Shown here: positions 58,031 through 64,000 of the stretch, piece after piece | Layout of the letters: each line of letters opens with the position of its first letter | Numbering within the stretch: position 1 is the first letter of the stretch | Assembly: GCA_964016885.1 (NCBI GenBank) | Contig: OZ024745.1 | Location: 37,634,001-37,698,000, forward strand | Length of the DNA: 64,000 nucleotides | Direction of reading: 5' to 3' | Origin: Eledone cirrhosa | Taxonomy: Eukaryota | Made by a program: the position numbers and the translations under genes | Notes under the pieces: generated by a model | What the model saw: only the letters and a program-made list of their open reading frames with translations | Databases searched by the model: none | What the model was told of the DNA's origin: nothing

Positions 58031-59222
58031 ATCCATATATTTTTCTTCATCGTTACCAACAACAACATCATCATCATCATCTTCCCATTGAATGAGTTTA
58101 TTCCCAATGGAAAGAACAGCCAAAACTTCGACAAATCTGACTAGAGATGGGACATGTTGGATTATGTACTCTTTGTTGCATTGTCTGAAATTAGTTCTCG
58201 ATGGGCAAGGACTCAACCGCACCATCAGTATTTCATAGACAGCTATCCCCGTCCCCACCACCTTCATCGTTTACATCTCCATTTACATCGCCATCCCCAT
58301 CATAAACATAGCCCTCGTGAACATTACTTTCATGCATATAGTTATCATCAAGGCTATCAACATCTACGTCGTCAATGTCATGATCATCATCATCGTCGTC
58401 ATCATCTTTATCATCATGTTGGTGAGAGTGTTCCGCTCATGATGCTAAGGGTCTGAGTTCGATTCACGATGGTGTGTTGTGTCCTTGATTAAAACAATTT
58501 ACTTTACGTTGCTTTAGTCCACTCAGCTGGTAATAGATTAGTTTTACCTGTAACTCAAAGAACCAGCCTCGTCACACACTGTGTCACACTGAATCTCCCT
58601 GAGAAGTATGCTAAGGTTACACGGTTCAATGAAATGCTCGGTTAGTTTCACGAGTAGGCTGTTCCGTTGATCAAACAACTGAAACATTTGTCATCGGAAA
58701 TGACAGCTGTCCAACACACACACAAGACTATAAAGTAATTTGAGTGAGACTTGGCTGTTGTTTTTAGCAAGTCGAGTGACACATCTACAGGCTTGTTCCT
58801 TCCCCTGAAGATTCCGTGGACTAGTCTAGTGACCTTATGGAAGTATCTGGTCCGCGCTGATCGAGTAAAATCTACAAACAAAGTCGTCCTATACGTGACC
58901 ATCTCAGCTTTTATTCAGTGTTTCAATTACGACATTACCCCATATCTTTTTGATGTTTTATCTCTTTTGATACCAACACAGCTTAAACCGGTGCTAGTTC
59001 TTTGATAAATAAAGAAATATTTCTTTTAACGTATTCATGTCTAAATTTAAACCGTCCAATCTTTTCTTAAGTTGTATCAACTCCAAATTAATATTGAGAA
59101 ATACTACCAAATTAAAAACAATACTGGGCAAGTCTCTTCTACTATAGCTTCGAGTAGCCCAATACATTGGGAGTGAAACTTGGTAGTCGGAAACTGCCTA
59201 CGCCTGTCGTATATGTACATAT

Positions 59223-59365
59223 ATATTTATTAAAATAACAGATTAAAGTTTAAGCAAAGAATCGCTGCTTTCCCCCTTAACGGGATCTTCTGAAACTGAG
59301 TTTCAGAAGATCCCGTTAAGGGTGAAAGCAGCGATTCTTTGCTTATCTGTTATTTTAATAAATAT
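59223..59365. repeat. Near-perfect palindrome carrying a hammerhead-like motif with CAGAAGA core
   Basis: Centre at 59298 with a 1-nt spacer. The right arm lacks 8 nt. A related fragment lies at 60585-60650. Confidence 0.8.
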
Positions 59366-59453
59366 TTGCTCTACGGGTCTTATATATCTGATATATATAT
59401 TTATCCTTATCGAGCCCTCTTTGGATTTTAGTCTTCAAATTTATTATTATTAC

Positions 59454-59489
<36 letters not shown>

Positions 59490-59666
59490 ATATATATGAA
59501 AATAGGGAGAAAAAGACGATTATTAGGAAGAAAAATATATTTTTTCCCTTTTTATTTTTTTCTCTTTTTTTCTGGGTTAGAAAATGTTTAAAACAAAATA
59601 TTTTACTTTGTTACTTTGTGTGAAGTGTTAAGGTATTAGTTAATTTATTTATTAATTGACAATGGC

Positions 59667-59711
<45 letters not shown>

Positions 59712-60028
59712 ATATATAAGAGAAAAATGGTGTGCTGCGAGGTTGCACAGGGGTTACACATGAATAAAATTAGTCGTTCATCAGTGATCTTCCAACCTTC
59801 ATTGGTATTTCATCGCTTTATATATATATACGACAGGCATCGAGTGCTCAAACGGCCTACCGCTTACGGACGCTTTAAGCATCCCACACCAATTATATAT
59901 ATATATATATATGTGTGTGTATATTTACTCCATCAGTTGAGTGCTTTATATCAGTTATAAACATTTTTAAGCTTGTTGAATCCCAACAAATTAAATATAA
60001 CCTCTGCACACACACATATATATATATA

Positions 60029-60517
60029 TGCAAAAGTTCTATTTAAAATTGTTGGGATACAACAAGTAAATATTTTTATAACTGATATAAAGCACTCGAC
60101 AAGTATTTGGAGTAGATATACGATATTAATAAATGGAAACTATATTTACAAAAACCATATTTATTTCATTATACATATTTCAGGGATACCAAATTAAATT
60201 ATGGTATGCCTTCATCAGACAAAATACAATATATAACAGTTTTACAAATAAGCTTTGACGTACCCTATTAAAATGCAACCATTATTTTTGGATGCCATCT
60301 GGTTATATTATTATATAGTTCCAGGCATTATATAGTTCCAGATGGCTTCCAAAAATAATGGTTGCATTTTAATAGGGTACGTCAAAGCTTATTTGTAAAA
60401 CTGTTATATATTGTATTTTGTCTGATGAAGGCATACCATAATTTAATTTGGTATCCCTGAAATATGTATAATGAAATAAATATGGTTTTATAAATATAGT
60501 TTCCATTTATTAATATC

Positions 60518-60523
<6 letters not shown>
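60029..60523. mobile_element. Fold-back HHR module
   Basis: ~186 bp inverted arms (60116-60302 / 60338-60523). The minus arm continues to 60029 and then (TA)n. A diverged tail copy at 59920-60008 faces it tail-to-tail. Confidence 0.85.
60414..60478 (+). ncRNA. Minimal type I hammerhead ribozyme (mirror copy on - strand at 60162-60226)
   Basis: TATTTTGT-CTGATGA-AGG c ATACCA taatttaatt TGGTAT c CCT-GAAA-T atgt A-TA-ATGAAATA. Confidence 0.78.
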
Positions 60524-60571
<48 letters not shown>

Positions 60572-60650
60572 ATAATAATAAATTTGAAGACTAAGGGTGA
60601 AAGCAACGATTTTTTTGGCTTTAACTTTAATCTGTTATTTTAATAAATAA

Positions 60651-60699
<49 letters not shown>

Positions 60700-61399
60700 T
60701 TAACATTTATGTATGTGTATGGGGTGTCAATGTTTATGTCTATAAATAGCGGTTTTATAAAAACAGATCGATACATTTAGTACCAGTCTTGTAAGTACTA
60801 GCTCTATATGAGCGACTAAATGAAGGTAGTGCTCCAGCATGGCCGCAGGCAAATTACTGAAACTAATAAAATAATAAAAGAATAAAAGAATGTCATTTCA
60901 TTAGAAATATTGTAACGAGAGTGTCAAAGAGATATGATGTGATTTGAAGCACATTTAGCAGTTATGTATCGAGTGATACACCTAAGGATTTCTAGCTGCC
61001 CCCTCCCTCGTAGGCAGACACAGCGGGTAAGTCGAGCGACCACGTGGAGGAAGCCTTCCTCATATAGCCTGCCAAAAACATCCGAGAAATAATGTATTGG
61101 TTTTCGACATTTACAGGCGAAGGAGAGAAACCTTGATGTGAGTGTCGGTAGTACAGATTCAAACGTCAGCTGTCACCGGGAATTAAAACAGCAGGGGATG
61201 GCTTTGAGCGCGGCTGGATTGTTCGTTATTTCGTTATTTTGGTATCAAATTCATGATTTGGGTGGATGTTGGCTGTTGGCTGTTGACTTGGCTGTGGTCC
61301 ACTTTTTCCTACTTTTATTTATTTATTTATCTGTTTGTTTATTTGTTTGTTTATTTATTATATAGTTCCAGGCATTAGACTGCGGCCATGCTGGGGCAC

Positions 61400-61625
61400 T
61401 GCTTTTATTATCATTATTATCATAATTATATTATTTTTAGTTTTATTGCGTGTCGTCTTTGCATTACCGAGCACAGCGCTGTGTGCCATGGGTACATGCA
61501 GTATGGGTTTTGGTTGCGTTGTTTCTATTGTACTAAGAGTACTCTTCATAATATGTGTGCAGTACTTTTAGTGCTACTTTTTGTATGCTGTACATTTTTC
61601 TAAGTCCTCTGGGTTGGTTATGTAT
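61400..61625 (-). pseudogene. 3' end of R4/Dong-like RLE retrotransposon
   Basis: Minus strand encodes YSIQKVAL.STAHIL*RVLL (one frameshift), matching the IQK.ALL.TAHILR.VL C-terminus. Ends in a (TAA)-rich tail. Confidence 0.6.
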
Positions 61626-61629
61626 TATT

Positions 61630-62495
61630 TTCGGTAGAGGGTCGGACGCCATGCTTTCCAGCATAGTTACGTCCCTTTACAGACTAAGTTCAAATCCCGC
61701 CGAGGTTAACTTTGCCTTTCATCCTTACGGGGTCGATAAAATAAAGTACCAGTAATGTACTTTGTAATTGCTGGCCTTGTGCCAAATGTAGAAACAATTA
61801 TTATTATAGTATCGGTAGAGGGTCCTATTCCATGCTTCGCGGCATCGAGTAACGGATCTTTACGTTCTCAGTTCAAATCTCGCCGAGGTGAGTTTTGCCT
61901 TTGATCTTTACGGGATCGATAAATAAAGCACCTGTAATGCACTGGTGTTGATTTAATCGACCTCCCCCTCCCCCTCAAATTACCGGCCATGTGCGTAAAG
62001 TGGAAGCAATTATTATTACTAGTAATCCCACGGAGGTAAGTTTTATATCGGGGTCGATTAAATAAAGTACCAGTAAAGCACTGAGGTCGGTTTAATTGAC
62101 TTTCTCCTCCCCCCAAATTGTTGGCGTTGTGCTTAAATCAGAAACCATGATTGCCAGTATCGGTAGAGGGTCGGACGCCATGCTTTGCAGCAAAGAGTTA
62201 CGGCCCTTTATGGTCTGAGTTCAAATCCCGCTGAGGTTAACTTTTCCTTTCATCCTTACGGGGTCGATAAAATAAAGTACCAGTTATACACTGGAATAAT
62301 TGCTGACCTTGTGCCAAAAGTAGAAACAATTATTACTACTATCCCGCCGAGGTTAGTTTTGCCTTTTATCCTTACGAGGTCGATAAAATAAAGTACCAGT
62401 ATAATACTGCGGTCGATTTACTATCTTTATCATTATCATTATCATCATCATCATTCCAAATTGCTGTCGTTGTGCCTAAATTAGAAACAATTATT
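61630..62495 (+). mobile_element. Head-to-tail cluster of SINE family A copies; inverted copy at 63035-63217(-)
   Basis: Repeated central domain and GAAACAATTATT tails. Confidence 0.87.
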
Positions 62496-64000
62496 AATAT
62501 TTAATTTTCTTAGTTTGTTTAATTTTTATTTGTCTTTTAAGATTTTAATGTTTTGTTTTATTCTATCTTTAGTTACTTTTTTATTTTCATTTATTTATTT
62601 ATTTATTTATTTATTATTTCGCTCTCCATTTTTAACATTATTTACATCTAATTAGATCCCTATTCTTCTTGTGAGGCATGTCTTTCCCTTTATTCTAAAA
62701 CAGCAGTAGATTTCTTGACTCCAAAATATCAGATGAATAATTAATAACATACCCCTTTCTCTCCCTCTCCTCATTCGCTTTCGCCCCTTCATTTCTCTTC
62801 TTCTCAGCTTTCCTTTCCACTCCTTCCCTTTTCCCCACTCCCATCATCACTCCTACCTTCGAAACTCATGTTTGTCGTAACCACCTGAACTCCACACCGT
62901 TTTCAGTTTTTTAATCCGACTACACAAATCAACTGCTGTCAACTACGAGGGAGCTTCTATGCGGTCATTCGGCCAGCCTGTATGAAATAGCAGCTAAATC
63001 TTTCTCAGATTAAACTTTACTGTATTAAAAAGAATAATAATTGTTTCTACTTTTGGCACAAGGCCATCAATTATCCCAGTGCATTACTGGTACTTTATTT
63101 TATCGACCTCGTAAGGATGAAAGGCAAAGTCAACCTCGGCGGGATTTGAACTCAGATCGTAAAGGGACGTAACTATGCTGGAAAGCATGGTGTCTGACCC
63201 TCTACCGATACTGCCAAAGAATAATAATGCTGTCCGGGGGTGTACATGGTTTAGAATTGCAAAACAAAAACACGATTGTCATTGCTTGAAAGTCCTTCAA
63301 AATGTATCTGTTCAATCAGATAAAAACAACAGTCAAACCCCACATATGACTGAGGATGTTCAAGAACATATATAGACATACATGCGTTCGAGTGTACACA
63401 CATACACACGAACATACTCAAAAGGGACCTGCTACATGACCACCCAAACTATTAGAAATAGCAGTAAAATGGCCCTCAAATCACGCACGTGGCGTCTTAT
63501 TAATTGAAGAACTTAGTAGATAAAACAATCCACAATTGACTCAGACATAGGTGTACAACTGCTGTCTAAAAGTTGTCCTGGGGTTACTCGTAAACAATAA
63601 CCACATGATTTTACTTTAAAGTTTTAAGATTGCAGTGGAAGCACATGGTTTACTGGTTAGGATGTCGGATATATAACCCTAAGGTAGTGGGTTCAAATAC
63701 TGGACTAGGTGGTGTGATGTCATCATGAGCAAAATGATTTAATTTCAAGTTGTTCATTCTACTAAGAGCAGCAACAGAAAAAACGAAGAGCGGGCCGATA
63801 TAACGATCAGTACCAATCCGTTCTTTATTAAAAAAATATCAAGATAATTACACCAAATTTACTTAAGATTTTCTATGATATCGTGTTATATATACATATG
63901 TGCGTGTGTGTGTGAGTCCTGGGTTCAATTAGGGGTAACTACGGTATTCCATCTTTCGTCAATCATCTCATATCGATTACGTCCATGTTTGAATTGATAA

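Overview
AT-rich, repeat-dominated eukaryotic DNA with no supportable host exon. The SINE families and microsatellite load suggest a coleoid cephalopod such as Octopus (inference). Most ORFs in the supplied track are microsatellite artefacts. The real coding content is retroelement-derived: a near-intact Penelope-like element (PLE; RT plus C-terminal GIY-YIG, probably Naiad-type) with ~510 bp inverted ends and two truncated sister copies; a near-intact CR1-group LINE ORF2; a full-length but disrupted L1/Tx1 LINE; and remnants of RTE, CRE, R4/Dong and mariner elements. There are also MITEs and dozens of tRNA-derived SINEs. The main hidden signal is about 15 hammerhead ribozyme (HHR) motifs from at least 7 sequence families, read by eye. 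Most have minimal self-complementary stem III, most lie in fold-back (inverted-repeat) modules, and all lie next to (TA)n or (TACATATATG)-type arrays. Two further observations stand out: a SINE and the Tx1 LINE share a 3' tail, and one PLE copy shows an exact twin-priming-type inversion.
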